From positions 124,001-188,000 of the forward strand of contig NIVC01000297.1 in assembly GCA_002269645.1 (NCBI GenBank): a DNA stretch of 64,000 nucleotides, given 5' to 3'. Below the pieces are notes generated by a model. The model was not told the DNA's origin, searched no databases, and saw nothing but the letters and a program-made list of their open reading frames with translations. The translations under genes and the position numbers were made by a program. Positions within the stretch are counted from its first letter, which is position 1. Each line of letters opens with the position of its first letter. The DNA comes from Macrostomum lignano. Lineage: Eukaryota. Positions 1 through 10,930 of the stretch are shown here, one piece after another.

Positions 1-347
1 CGAACGCAACGCTACTGGTTTCGAAGAAAAACCCCCAACTTTCCAAATCCAAATTTCTATTTTCTTTCTCCACCCCCACCTCACATGTTTAGTGAGTTGG
101 AACACTGCACATATAACAAAATTAGTGTAGGCTTCAAGTGCACTTCTTATAATATTTTAAAGCATTTTCTTATAAGGGTAGTCTAATGAATTTTATGGTG
201 GAAGCCAAAAATTCTACATGACAAAATTTCTACATTGTTTTGGGAATCGGTGTCAACATTTCATTTTGACGCCGAATGCGCTATGCCTATACATGTATAG
301 CTAATTGCTATGGCGGCCCAGCTACGCTAGTGGTTTTAGCCTTAACA

Positions 348-650
348 GGGGTTGTAGCCTAGCGGCTGAGCGTCCACGCGGACTCGACTTGAATTGCTAT
401 ATAGGTCGGAGGTTCGATTCCCGATCCCACTGGAACAATTTGTGTCCTTGAGCAAGACTTCACATTAACTCTGCATTGCTTCATTTCACTCAGCTGTAAA
501 ATGAGTCCCAGCATCAGTTTGCCGGTGTGGGGGGGGGCAAAAAGTTTTGGCATGTCCATAGCTTTTACTGAGGACATGTCTCCCCTATCCCCGGTGGCGA
601 CGCCCCCGCTTATATGTATAAAACTTGTCTCAATGTGTATACATATACCT
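348..650 (+). mobile_element. tRNA-derived SINE with a CORE-like central domain
   Basis: Pol III A-box TAGCCTAGCGG (~355) and B-box GGTTCGATTCC (411-421), followed by TGTGTCCTTGAGCAAGAC...CTCAGCTGTAAAATGAG, which resembles the CORE/MIR central domain (recalled consensus, not a database match). The 3' end is approximate. Confidence 0.6.
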
Positions 651-1343
651 TTGAAAGCACCAAGGACTGCTGGGTGCAATATCAATTGATTTTTGTTCAC
701 TGAGAGAGTTTGCAAGCTGTTCTTCAGCGGCCACATTGCTCAATTTCTAAAAAAAACCTTGTAATGTAAAATCATTTTCCATTATTGACTATACTGTAAT
801 TGCTTTATGCGAATATTCATAATTTTCAGTAACAATAAACAAATAATTTATACAGATAACATATGTGATGCATGGCTTCCCAGTGCCAGCACAGCTGAGT
901 GTACTCGTGGGTAAAAAATTGTATTCTAATGATCATGCAAATGTACATATGCTTTGTGCTTGTGCACTTTTACATAGATTTTTATAGTTATCGTAAAATA
1001 TTGACTGTTGAGGTTGAAGCGCCTCTCTTGCGTTGCTGACCGGATTACAGAATTATTTCTGGTCCTGACTCCTGCTCTCCAGGTAGAAGCAGCACACGAT
1101 CTTGACTGGAAATAAGGATGAAAAATGTTCTGTTTGTTGACATTTATAAAAGTTATTGACTGTGAAAATTGTTACATGCACATGTAAAGCGTTGTGCAAA
1201 GTGTGACATGCGACTTTAAATAAATTATGAGTACCGTCTTAAGGTTAGAAAATACGATCGAGCAGACTTGTACATGTATAGTAGTAGTCTGTAAACACAT
1301 CTAATTTTCTAAAAATACGAATTTCAACAATAGCTTTCAATCT

Positions 1344-4061
1344 TTACCCCGCTCTGTGATGCCGCTGATTTGGAGGCTGCAAACTCGTGTTGAGGGGGTC
1401 TCTTCTACGTGTAGCCGATTCTGGCCTGGTCATTTTCGAAGTCACTATCGCAGTTTGACGATGTCTGCAGCTGGGATCTGCAGCCAACTGTTGCACCTGA
1501 TCACTGGCCGTCCTATCATGGGAATAATGGCCGCTTTGCTGTTCATCTGTCGCTGCGGACCTGCTCTGAGGAGTCCGCAGAGACTCCATGCGAGCTTGCA
1601 CTCGAATTGCGGTGTCCCGCCGCTCCGCGCCGTCCAGCAGCTGGTCGTCGTGAAGTCGCATGTCGCGGCACATTTGCTCCAGTCCCTCGATGGCATCTTT
1701 AGCACCCTCACCACTCTTCATGGCCGCGGCCGTTGCTGCTCGCTCGCGTCGAAGAGCCAGCACCCGCTGAAGTTCCCCGACCTCAACGTTGTCCATGCGA
1801 GGCAGCACGCGTACAGCGTTAGGCGGTAGGTGCGGTCCGCTCGGCAGTTGACTACGCTTCGGTTCGAGAGTCGTTGCTGTCCTGCCGGAGCGCGGGTTGG
1901 TCTGGATCCGAGTTGGGTTGGCGGGACTCTCCGCTGCCGGCCTGGTAGGCTCGCTGGCCAGCAGGTACTCGCCCGATGACTGGCCGCAGCCGCTGTCATC
2001 CTCACCGCTGCCGCCGGCATCATCTGGGGGTGGCGGTGCCCTCAACTGGTAGGTTGACAAAAGCGGCTTCGGCGCCGGCTGGACCCGGTTGTAAATCTGC
2101 TGCTCAACAGCGGACTGAGCGCGGCTCAGCTGATGCGGGCTGGGAACCTGGTGGTCGAGAAACTGCTGCTTGGCTCGCCTAGGTGGTAATGGCGGCGCCT
2201 GCGTTGGAGTTTGCGCTATTTGCGGAGAATATCGGGCTGTTTGGGAGACAGCTTTGGGCTGGGCTTTATGAGGCTGGACTTGAGCTGCTCGTGATGGAAG
2301 ATGTGGCGACTCGAAGAGCGCTTTGTATGCTGTTTGCTCGTGGCGTGGTCGATCATGCGGAGCCACTGGAGCCGGTGAAGCATGTCGCTGATGAGAGTAT
2401 CCTTGAGGTGATGCTTTATATGGCTCGTGATGAATTGCGCCATGGACAGCAGAACTGCTTGAGCTGCGAGAGTTATAATGCTCAAGAATATTCGAAGAAG
2501 CTTGCTTAGGTGTTGCGTCATAATGCGAGTTCGCTTCTTGCCGACTACCTTGACTGGGCTGCGGTGTCCATTGTTTTTGGCTGCGCGGCATCTGCTGTGG
2601 CTGTTGCGGAGTTGAAGCCAGCGATCTCGACGTTGGCTGCTGTCTCGACATCAACATCTCCACAGCGGATTGGCGTCCGTTGCCATGCGGATGTGCTGGC
2701 TGCGGCTGCGCCTGCGGTGGCTGATGAATCACGTGACTCGCTCGTAACGGCATGTACTTTTGCCTTGCTTTATTCAGCTCCGCGCTGACGTCATGCTCCG
2801 CTATGGGCTTTCGGGGCGGCTGAGGCTGCGTCTGCTGGGTGGGCGCTCGGTGCAGCATAATATGCGGACTGGGGTTGTGGAACAGGCTGCGGAGCTGCTG
2901 CGAGACGGTGGCAGAGGACGGCAACTGCTGGATGGAGCTGCAGCGGCCTCTGGGCACCAGAATCTCCACAGCGCTTTTTGGTCGGCCAGAAAAATCCGCC
3001 GACGCCGCCTCCGACGGAGCGTCCCTGCGCAGCAGGTCCGACACCTCCAAGTCTGCCGAGTCCGGCACAGCTGGCAGGACGCGTCGACTGCGTGTCAATG
3101 TCGCAGTCTTCGGCTTGTCTGGCACAAGTGGCGCCGGCTTTAACGCGGTTAGCAGTCCTTGCTGTTTGAAACTTCCGATCAATGGCTCGCTGACAGGGAG
3201 CTCTGGTCCGACTGCTGGCACTGCTGACCTGCTCAGCTCAACCTCCACGTTGACTCCGAAGGAACCGTTGCTGTGTGTCGGAGCGTCAGTGCTGACCTGC
3301 AAGCTTGGCTTGGACATTCGAATGCTCAGGTTCACCGGCTGCGAGTTTCGGCTTTCCGACGCTTTCCACTGCCCATCCAGCACTGCCGGTGAGTGGCCAC
3401 CGAATTCGGTCCAAATCTCGCCGCTGGTGCCCTCATGCGCCCTGCCATCCTGCTGAAAACCATCGCCCCTGCGCTCAGCCTGCTCGGGTGTCATCCGAGA
3501 GTCTAAAGCTGGCCTGGACACGTCAAGATAGGGGCTGGAGAGTTTGGGCCCACTGGCCAGCTGCCAAGTGTCAGTTGCGAGAGTATTCGCAGCGTCGCTG
3601 GCCAAGGACTCTGAGCTGCTGGAAGTCAGCAAGCCTGGCCCCGTGGCCTGCTGGCGATTCAGCTCCGGGTTGTACAGCGTCTCGAAGGAGGACTTCAGAT
3701 GCTTAGAAGTCTCGTGCAGAGTCCTGCGGGCCACCGGCTCGCGGTAGGAGCTGGGCCGAGCCTCCTGGTACGAATTCACGTCATCGTCAGATGTCAGCAT
3801 CTCGAGCGTCGCCCGCCGGTCCTTGCGCAAGATGCGTCGTCGGACTGGCGTCTTCCAGCTGGGGTTGCAAGCGTCGGCGTCTTTCTGGCCCATGGAGGCG
3901 GTCCGCCTGTAGCGCTTTCGCCGAGCGGCGCCGGACCCGACGGGCGCCTCGTCGGCCTCGTTGTCGCTTTCATCGGCGCTGTCGCGAGTGTCGCTCTCGT
4001 CCGAGCTGCCGCTGCTGACCGCAGCCGCCGACAGGAAGCTGGCCGGAACTGCGGTCGCCAT
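1344..4061 (-). CDS. 905-aa low-complexity, probably disordered protein (S/P/Q-rich); no recognised domain
   Basis: Uninterrupted 2.7-kb GC-rich ORF flanked by AT-rich DNA. A GT-AG intron at 4086-4162 lies just upstream of the ATG (5' UTR), consistent with a transcribed gene. Confidence 0.7.
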   Translation of the reverse strand: MATAVPASFLSAAAVSSGSSDESDTRDSADESDNEADEAPVGSGAARRKRYRRTASMGQKDADACNPSWKTPVRRRILRKDRRATLEMLTSDDDVNSYQEARPSSYREPVARRTLHETSKHLKSSFETLYNPELNRQQATGPGLLTSSSSESLASDAANTLATDTWQLASGPKLSSPYLDVSRPALDSRMTPEQAERRGDGFQQDGRAHEGTSGEIWTEFGGHSPAVLDGQWKASESRNSQPVNLSIRMSKPSLQVSTDAPTHSNGSFGVNVEVELSRSAVPAVGPELPVSEPLIGSFKQQGLLTALKPAPLVPDKPKTATLTRSRRVLPAVPDSADLEVSDLLRRDAPSEAASADFSGRPKSAVEILVPRGRCSSIQQLPSSATVSQQLRSLFHNPSPHIMLHRAPTQQTQPQPPRKPIAEHDVSAELNKARQKYMPLRASHVIHQPPQAQPQPAHPHGNGRQSAVEMLMSRQQPTSRSLASTPQQPQQMPRSQKQWTPQPSQGSRQEANSHYDATPKQASSNILEHYNSRSSSSSAVHGAIHHEPYKASPQGYSHQRHASPAPVAPHDRPRHEQTAYKALFESPHLPSRAAQVQPHKAQPKAVSQTARYSPQIAQTPTQAPPLPPRRAKQQFLDHQVPSPHQLSRAQSAVEQQIYNRVQPAPKPLLSTYQLRAPPPPDDAGGSGEDDSGCGQSSGEYLLASEPTRPAAESPANPTRIQTNPRSGRTATTLEPKRSQLPSGPHLPPNAVRVLPRMDNVEVGELQRVLALRRERAATAAAMKSGEGAKDAIEGLEQMCRDMRLHDDQLLDGAERRDTAIRVQARMESLRTPQSRSAATDEQQSGHYSHDRTASDQVQQLAADPSCRHRQTAIVTSKMTRPESATRRRDPLNTSLQPPNQRHHRAG

Positions 4062-5919
4062 AAATTTCCTTGAAGGCGACGAAACCTAAATGTGGTTTAT
4101 TGGAACAGTTTGCATTGGGCATAACGCGCAAAATGATGCCTACTGCTAAGTGAGTCCACTCACCAGTCGCAATGGGACAGGATTAGGAGTAAAAATGAAG
4201 GTAAACTACGGCACTTTGCAACAGCTTCATTTGATACTGTACTACGTAGACCTGCCGAGAAATCCAGAATCCTGATGAACGGATTGAGTAAAAGCTAAAA
4301 TTCGCTGCTTTAAATACACGTGCGTTGCATTGAAATGGGCAAAGTTTTCGCAGTCAGAACTCGCAGATACAGATATCGGTCCCACTGCCAGAGAAGAGCT
4401 AATAAAACTTTTAGCTAATGCTGCACTCTCGTACACACTCGTGTTGAAACATTTTCGCCATAAAAGCTGAAATGCATGCCTGAGCGTCCAGCCCTGACCC
4501 CTGTGGACAGCTCTCATTGTAGGCGTGCATTTAAGAGCTATCTGGCCCGCATATTGGAGCTGCTTGATAAGAAATGGCAGACAGTCGCCCAAATTTGCAA
4601 GCCTTTTACTAGCTTATGAGATTTTCTTGGAGGGCGGCACGCTCTGTGATGTTTGGCAACACTCATGCTGCACTTTTATGAAATTTGCTTGTTTCCAATA
4701 TTCGAGAGGGTTAGTGGGAGTAGAACCGGGAGATTAAACAGAAAATGTTATCTTAGCCTTACCTTAGAAAGAGCTGTGTCGGCTGGCGAGCAAGTTGAGA
4801 ATGCTGGAAACTCCACTTCGCTTTCAAGGCTTTTGAGACACAACGCACAGGTCCGCTACTGAGACCGCTTATACGTTGGCCAGTTGTACTCACGGCGAAA
4901 TTCTTGTTTTTCTACCTGAGCTCCTTCTCTCTCTGCCATATTTGTCTCCCGCTCATAGCCCTCCTTTCCAAGGTAAGTTGTAGAATAAGTTTTCATGTCT
5001 CAAGTCGCTGTGCGCTGGCGAGCGGCCAACCAACTGCGCAGATGCTGCTGAGCCCCGAGCGTACAGGCCGCCACCCCTGCGAGCCCCGCTGCCCCACCTC
5101 ACAGCCAGCACAATTCTGTCGCCAAAAAGCAAAACTCACAGGCAGCAATGCACGCCGGCCATTAAAGCACAATGCCCGATCCATCAGCGATGTCACACGG
5201 GCACAGCGGCCTACGCACCGGCCCTCGTGTCAAGTGGCATTCATGCAGTGCTCTGAGTCGCCGCGTTTCCGCTGCGGAACCTGCAGCTGTTACTCATAAT
5301 GTGATGCATTCGAGTTCTATAGAAACTATGCACGAAGCGCACTGCGTGTAGCTAACCGTTTTGCGAGCACGCAACTAGGCAGGTGCAATTAAGACCTGAT
5401 AAAGCTCGTAGCATAATTAGTCGACCTCGTGCATCGATTATCGACCTCTAATTAGGCTACTGAACTCATTAATTTACAGGAAAAACCCATTTTTGCTTAG
5501 CAAACTGTACCTGCACAGTTCAGTGCCTCAAATCAGAGCTGTGCAAGATTTTTTTTCAAATCTTCAGCCAAAGAAATACGCGGAGAAGGATTTGTTACTA
5601 CTCAGCTTTCTTCAATCTCTTGCTTCGCCTTTGAGTTCAAAGGCAGTTGCTTGGTTGCATGGCATTGGCTCTGTCCAGTCGGTACAATTTCCCTCAGCTA
5701 ACAAGCTGTGGGGAACTATTGTCCCTCCGAGCGGCTCAGGAAGACTTCAATGCTGGTTGGCAAGTCACTGTAGCCGAACGGCTGCCCACTTGCGGTTCGC
5801 TATCGATTGCGCACCCAACGATAAATGGCAGCAGCGGCGATCGGACTGGGGAATCGCTTGGTCTGCCCGAGACAAATGCAACACTAGCCAGCTAGCAAGG
5901 CACGGACACGAAACTCCCC

Positions 5920-6990
5920 ATGGCCCAAAGCTCCCCGAGTCCTCCGCTGAGATCCCGGACAGCCAGCGGAGGCGCCAAGCGCTACCTAGAGCAGCGCCGC
6001 CAGCAGCAGAACCAGCAGCTGCTTCAGCAGTGCAGACAGTCTGCCGAAGGGGCCGACCACCGAGCGAGCGGCCGGACGTCGACTGCAGAGAGCAACGTTG
6101 AAGCGACCGAGACGATTCGGCTGTTCCTGGAAAGTCTGGAGGCGGCGGAAGCCGAGGATCGGCAGCTTCAGCAGCCGAAATTTCCTGCCGCTGCAGCCTC
6201 CACGAGGCGGGCTTCGCTCGACTGGAGCGAGGAGCGCTTTGGCTGCTGGCGTCCGCCGCCAGACACGCGTCGCGAACTGCTGGCGGCCGCCGAGCAGCAC
6301 CTGCAAGCGACCACAAGCCCAGCGAAAAGCGAAGCTGGATCCGGCGACACCGACAGCGAGCCGGAGTCCTGCTACGTGCCGCGGTCCGTGTTCGACTTCA
6401 AAAGTCGCGCCGCTTGGAAGCCGAGCGCCAGGCCGAGACCGGGGACCAATCAGCTGCCAAGGCAGGCCGAGCAGCATGAAAACCTGCCGGCCTCAGCCAA
6501 AAGTTCAAGCCATTTGGAGAACAGCTCAGAGGCTCCTACTAGAAGTCTCAGCGATTCACCAGAGCATCAGACGCGAGCATCAAGCGGGGCTCCCACCGAC
6601 CACTATGAGCACCAGCCGCGAGCCTCAAGCGGGGCTCCAACCGGCCATCATGAGCACCAGCCGCGAGCCTCAACCGGGGCTCCAACCGGTCGCCATGAGC
6701 ACCAGCAGCAAGCCTCACCCAGAGCTGCCGATAGCAGCCAGAATCAGCCAGCTCGGACCGAGTGGGAGTCCCGCAGCTGTCAGTCGGAGGTGCCCCACCT
6801 GGAGCAGCTGCGGGCTCTCCGACAGGCCCCCGCCTACTCGAAGGCGAACCCCCCGACGGACGGTGCAGAGGTCGATCCAAACAGACGGCTGTTCATCGTG
6901 AAGCGCTACCACCCGGCCGAGGTGCCGAACAACTTCATCAGCGCCACCTGCAGTCAGTTCGACGACCAGATGAGCGAAACCTCCGTCTGA
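5920..6990 (+). CDS. 356-aa orphan protein, single ORF with an internal 15-aa repeat
   Basis: GC-rich 1.07-kb ORF with C/G-ending codons, AT-rich 3' flank, and a non-repetitive C-terminal block (RRLFIVKRYHPAEVPNNFISATC). Confidence 0.55.
   Translation: MAQSSPSPPLRSRTASGGAKRYLEQRRQQQNQQLLQQCRQSAEGADHRASGRTSTAESNVEATETIRLFLESLEAAEAEDRQLQQPKFPAAAASTRRASLDWSEERFGCWRPPPDTRRELLAAAEQHLQATTSPAKSEAGSGDTDSEPESCYVPRSVFDFKSRAAWKPSARPRPGTNQLPRQAEQHENLPASAKSSSHLENSSEAPTRSLSDSPEHQTRASSGAPTDHYEHQPRASSGAPTGHHEHQPRASTGAPTGRHEHQQQASPRAADSSQNQPARTEWESRSCQSEVPHLEQLRALRQAPAYSKANPPTDGAEVDPNRRLFIVKRYHPAEVPNNFISATCSQFDDQMSETSV
6562..6710 (+). repeat. Coding 45-bp tandem repeat (EHQPRASSGAPTGHH-like, ~3 copies)
   Basis: Repeated GAGCACCAGCCGCGAGCCTCAAGCGGGGCTCCAACCGG units, in frame within the 5920-6990 ORF. 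Confidence 0.75.
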
Positions 6991-7395
6991 TTCAGCAGAG
7001 CCATTTAGAACTCAATATAAAACCTGCTCTGAGTAAGGAAGCCCAACTACCCGTACTATAAAATATACTAATATAGCAAACATACTGATGGCGGGCTCCA
7101 GAATTGATCAGTTTGAGTTGAATTGCTTTTCTTCTTATGGGGCATTTGAAAATCGAAAACAACTCAACCAGAAGTCTGAAAACACCTTCATCTGAGTCTT
7201 ATTGCTCAGGGTATGATCATGCTGGAAAATAAAAAACTGTTTAAAACAATTAACAGAAACAAATTACTTCAGCAATCGTCCATGTTGAACGTAAGCAATA
7301 AACAATATGCTCATCCGCTGTATTTAACCTGCAATCAGACTAACTCCACAAGGTATGTCTCGATCGGTACTTCGTCAATCAACAAAGTTGATAAT

Positions 7396-8715
7396 TTAAG
7401 CTTTTCGCAGGTGGCGTTTCTTGTTTGGCTTGCGCAGCTTAGCACTGCTGGTCTTGCGCAGGGAGCCCATGGCCACCGACACGATGCGGTTGCGGATCTG
7501 CGGGTGAATGCGGAGAGCCAGGCTTAGGGACTGATCACGGAGCGGAGCCAGGCTCAGGGACTGATCACGGAGCGGAGAGCCAGGCTCAGGGACTGATCAC
7601 GGAGCGGAGAGGCAGACTCAGGGACTGATCACGGAGCGGAGAGGCAGACTCAGGGACTGATCACGGAGCGGAGAGCCAGGCTCAGGGACTGATCACGGAG
7701 CGGAGAGGCAGACTCAGGGACTGATCACGGAGCGGAGAGGAAGGCTCAGGGACTGATCACGGAGCGGAGAGCCAGGCTCAGGGACTGATCACGGAGCGGA
7801 GAGGCAGACTCAGGGACTGATCAGGGAGAGGAGAGGCAGGCTCAGGGACGGATCAGGGAGAGGAGACTCAGGAGAGGCAGAGTCAAGGACTGATCAGGGG
7901 AGCGGAGAGGAAACGCGAAATTTCACAACCGCTAAATCACCTACTTTCACAACCGCGAAACTTTATAACCGCTTAAAGTGATTTAGCGGTTGTAAAATTT
8001 TGCGTTTGTGAAAGCAACCCTGATCAGAGAGCGAAGAGCCAGGCTAAGGGACTGATCAGGGAGCGGAGGCAGGCTCAGGGACTGATCAGGGAGCGGAGGC
8101 AGGCTCAGGGACTGATCAGGGAGCGGAGGCAGGCTCAGGGACTGATCAGGGAGCGGAAGCAGGCTCAGGGACTGATCAGGGAGCGGAGGCAGGCTCAGGG
8201 ACTGATCAGGGAGCGGAGGCAGGCTCAGGGACTGATCAGGGAGCGGAGGCAGGCTCAGGGACTGATCAGGGAGCGGAGGCAGGCTCAGGGACTGATCAGG
8301 GAGCGGAGGCAGGCTCAGGGACTGATCAGGGAGCGGAGCAGCTGCCAGCAGCCGGACCCACCTGCTTGGCCCGCGCACACCTGAAGCGATCAAAGTCGGT
8401 CATGCTGGCCCGCAGCCGGCGAGCCTCGAGCTTCTTGGCCCAGCTGGTGCCAGTCCAGCGCTCGTCCAGCTTGGCGGCCAGCCACTTCCTCCTGACCACG
8501 GCGGTGCGGGAAGAGTGCGGCAGGGGCAGGTGGAAGCCGGTCAGATGCAGCCGCTTCATGTCGCACACCTGCCGGCGCACGCCGGTGCAGGGGCCGTCGA
8601 TAAGCACACGGTTCTGGTCGACAATCTCGGCGATGGCGCACACCTTGCCGGAGTCCGCGCCGTTGGCAATGAAGGCCACGCGGCCGACTTGGACGAACTT
8701 GTCCAGCTTGCCCAT
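7396..8715 (-). CDS. RPL14: 60S ribosomal protein L14 (eL14), 151 aa; exons 8362-8715 and 7396-7497
   Basis: FVQVGRVAFI...IVDQNRVLIDGPCTGVRRQ...WAKKLEARRLRASMTDFDRF matches eL14. Phase-0 GT..AG intron 7498-8361; exon 2 continues IRNRIV..., matching the eL14 MRNRII motif, and ends in TAA. Confidence 0.92.
7511..7908. repeat. ~30-32-bp minisatellite array 1 in the RPL14 intron
   Basis: Unit AGCCAGGCTCAGGGACTGATCACGGAGCGGAG, about 12 degenerate copies. Confidence 0.9.
8036..8338. repeat. 30-bp minisatellite array 2 in the RPL14 intron (same family as array 1)
   Basis: Unit AGGCAGGCTCAGGGACTGATCAGGGAGCGG, about 10 near-perfect copies. Confidence 0.92.
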
Positions 8716-9040
8716 CGCTGCTGAAGCAGTTAGGAGAGTCCAGCTAAGTGTACACTGGCTGCACTTACAGATCTAAGTTACCTAAGCGTTTTTTATATTT
8801 AAAGATTACTGCCATTTAACAAATTGACAAAAGTCTAAATGCATCAGAAATACATCGTTTATAATTGAAACTTAGTTGACTGATGGCATGGCAGTGGCTA
8901 CTTCTATATACCATCTCAACTTTAGATACTATACACATGCCATTGCCAGTCACCCAACAAAATAAAAAGAAATTTTAAAAGCATAAAATATTCTTTAAAA
9001 ACATTGGTTACTGAATATTTTCATAACGGTTTGCATATTT

Positions 9041-10930
9041 ATGGTGTATAAGAGCAAGAATGAATTTGTCTGGGAAGAAGAGCATCACAGAGCATTCACT
9101 GCCATGAGGAAAGAATTAGCAACTGTTCCTACACTGGCGTATTATGATTCAAGCAGACCTACGGCGCTACACACAGATGCGTCAAGACTCAAAGGTCTTG
9201 GTTTCCTGCTAAAACAGAGGCAGCGCGATGGCGCATGGAAGCCTGTACAAGCTGGATCAAGATTTCTCTCTGCTGCAGAAAGCAGGTACGCAATGATAGA
9301 ATTGGAATTATTAGCTGTTGCCTGGGCTGATAAGAAGTGCCACCTCTTCCTGGAAGGACTGCATCACTTTGAAATAGTGATCGACCACAAGTCATTGGAG
9401 CCCATTTTAAACGATTACACCCTGGACCAAATCGACAACCCGAGAATTCAGCAGCTATGGCAAAAGCTCGACTGATTCTGCTTCACAGCTCAGTGGATCA
9501 AGGGCAAGCTAAATGAGGACTGTCCAGAGCGCAAGTGGAGAAGCCTAAAGCGAGCGATCAGATCCTGGAATTTGACAACAGGGAGTAGGCTATCAGCTCA
9601 GTACACGCTCTGTCGCAGTCAGAGAAAGAAATCTCCAAAGCAGCAAAGCGTGATTCAGAATATCAGCTTCTTAAGAAGACAATCCTAGATGGTTTTCCAA
9701 ACTGCAAGGCGAACCTCCAAGAGAACATCCATGCATACTGGCACCTACGGCAACAACTCTGCGTCAAAGACGACCTTATCCTGGCTGGACGACGGCTACT
9801 GATTCCTAGGAAGCTAAGGAGAAGCATCCTCGAAAATCTCCTGAAGATGCACCAGGGATGCCACAAAATGAAGGAGCGAGCAAGGCAAAGCATTTTCTGG
9901 CCTGGCCTGATCAAGATTGCTAAGACATGCAAACCATGCCAAGAAAATCTTCCTAGCCTGGCAAAGGAACCCATGGTTGTTCAAGAGCCACTGGAACAAG
10001 TCTTCCAAGAGATCCACGCGAATCTATTTGAATATGCAGGGAAGAATTTCCTTGTCATTGTGGATGGCCTATCCGGTTGGGCAGCTCTCAATTACCTCAG
10101 CGATGATACACCCGCAACCAAAGTTGTCAGAGCTATCCAACAGAGATTTCTTGAGAAATTGGTCCCTGACATTTTCTGGTCAGACAGCAGTCAACAATTC
10201 AATGCAAAAATTTTCAAGAATTTCCTAGCACACTAGAATGTCAAACACCGAGTATAGTCTCCACATTATCCACAAACCAACAGATGCGCCGAAGCTAGGG
10301 TGAAAGAAATAAAAAAGATAATCAGAGGGTCTTGGAACCATCAGACTGGCATGTTGGACTAGGAGAAACTGTCACAAGGTCTTCTAGTCTATCTCAACAC
10401 TCCAAGATACGAGGGCAAGTCACCAGCTCAAACAGTGTTTGGCCACCTAATTTGTGACACAATTCTAGCACCCAGAAGAGCGTTTGCACCTGAATGGCAA
10501 AAATCTGCAGATGAGATCGAGAAGCAGGCTAGAGTCAAGGCAACTTTGGAGAAATACTATAACCAATATGCTCAGCCCCTGCCGGACATTAAAGTCCATG
10601 ACAGAATGGTGGTTCAAGACTGTCGCACCAGAAGATAGGACAAGTATGGCATGATTGTGGAAGCCAGACACAACCAAGATTTCATGATTTGACTGGCAAG
10701 TGGGAGATGTCTATGGCAGAACCACAAGTTTATTAGGAAGTGGATCCCAGTCAGCCCATTCAAGGCCAAGGAGACCACCACAGACAGTGCTACTGAGCAA
10801 GGCATGCCTGGAGCATCTAGAGGGTTGGCCGAGCCAAAGAGGACCCAATTTGGCCAAGAGACTAAGAAACCTCAGAGGTTACAGGTTGACGCTAGGAGGA
10901 AAACCTATGATAATTGAACTTTGAAAGGGG
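9041..10930 (+). mobile_element. Decayed Ty3/Gypsy pol fragment (RNase H + integrase)
   Basis: FVWEEEHHRAF...LHTDASRLKGLGF...YAMIELELLAVAWA...IDHKSL (RT-RNase H), HQGCHKMKERARQSIFWPG...CKPC (integrase zinc finger) and FLVIVDGLSGW (integrase core). Many stops and frameshifts; PPT-like AAAGGGGAGA at ~10924. Confidence 0.85.

Noticed and set aside
348-430. Functional tRNA gene
   Set aside because: A and B boxes are present, but there is no convincing cloverleaf or oligo-T terminator, and the sequence continues into a SINE-like body.
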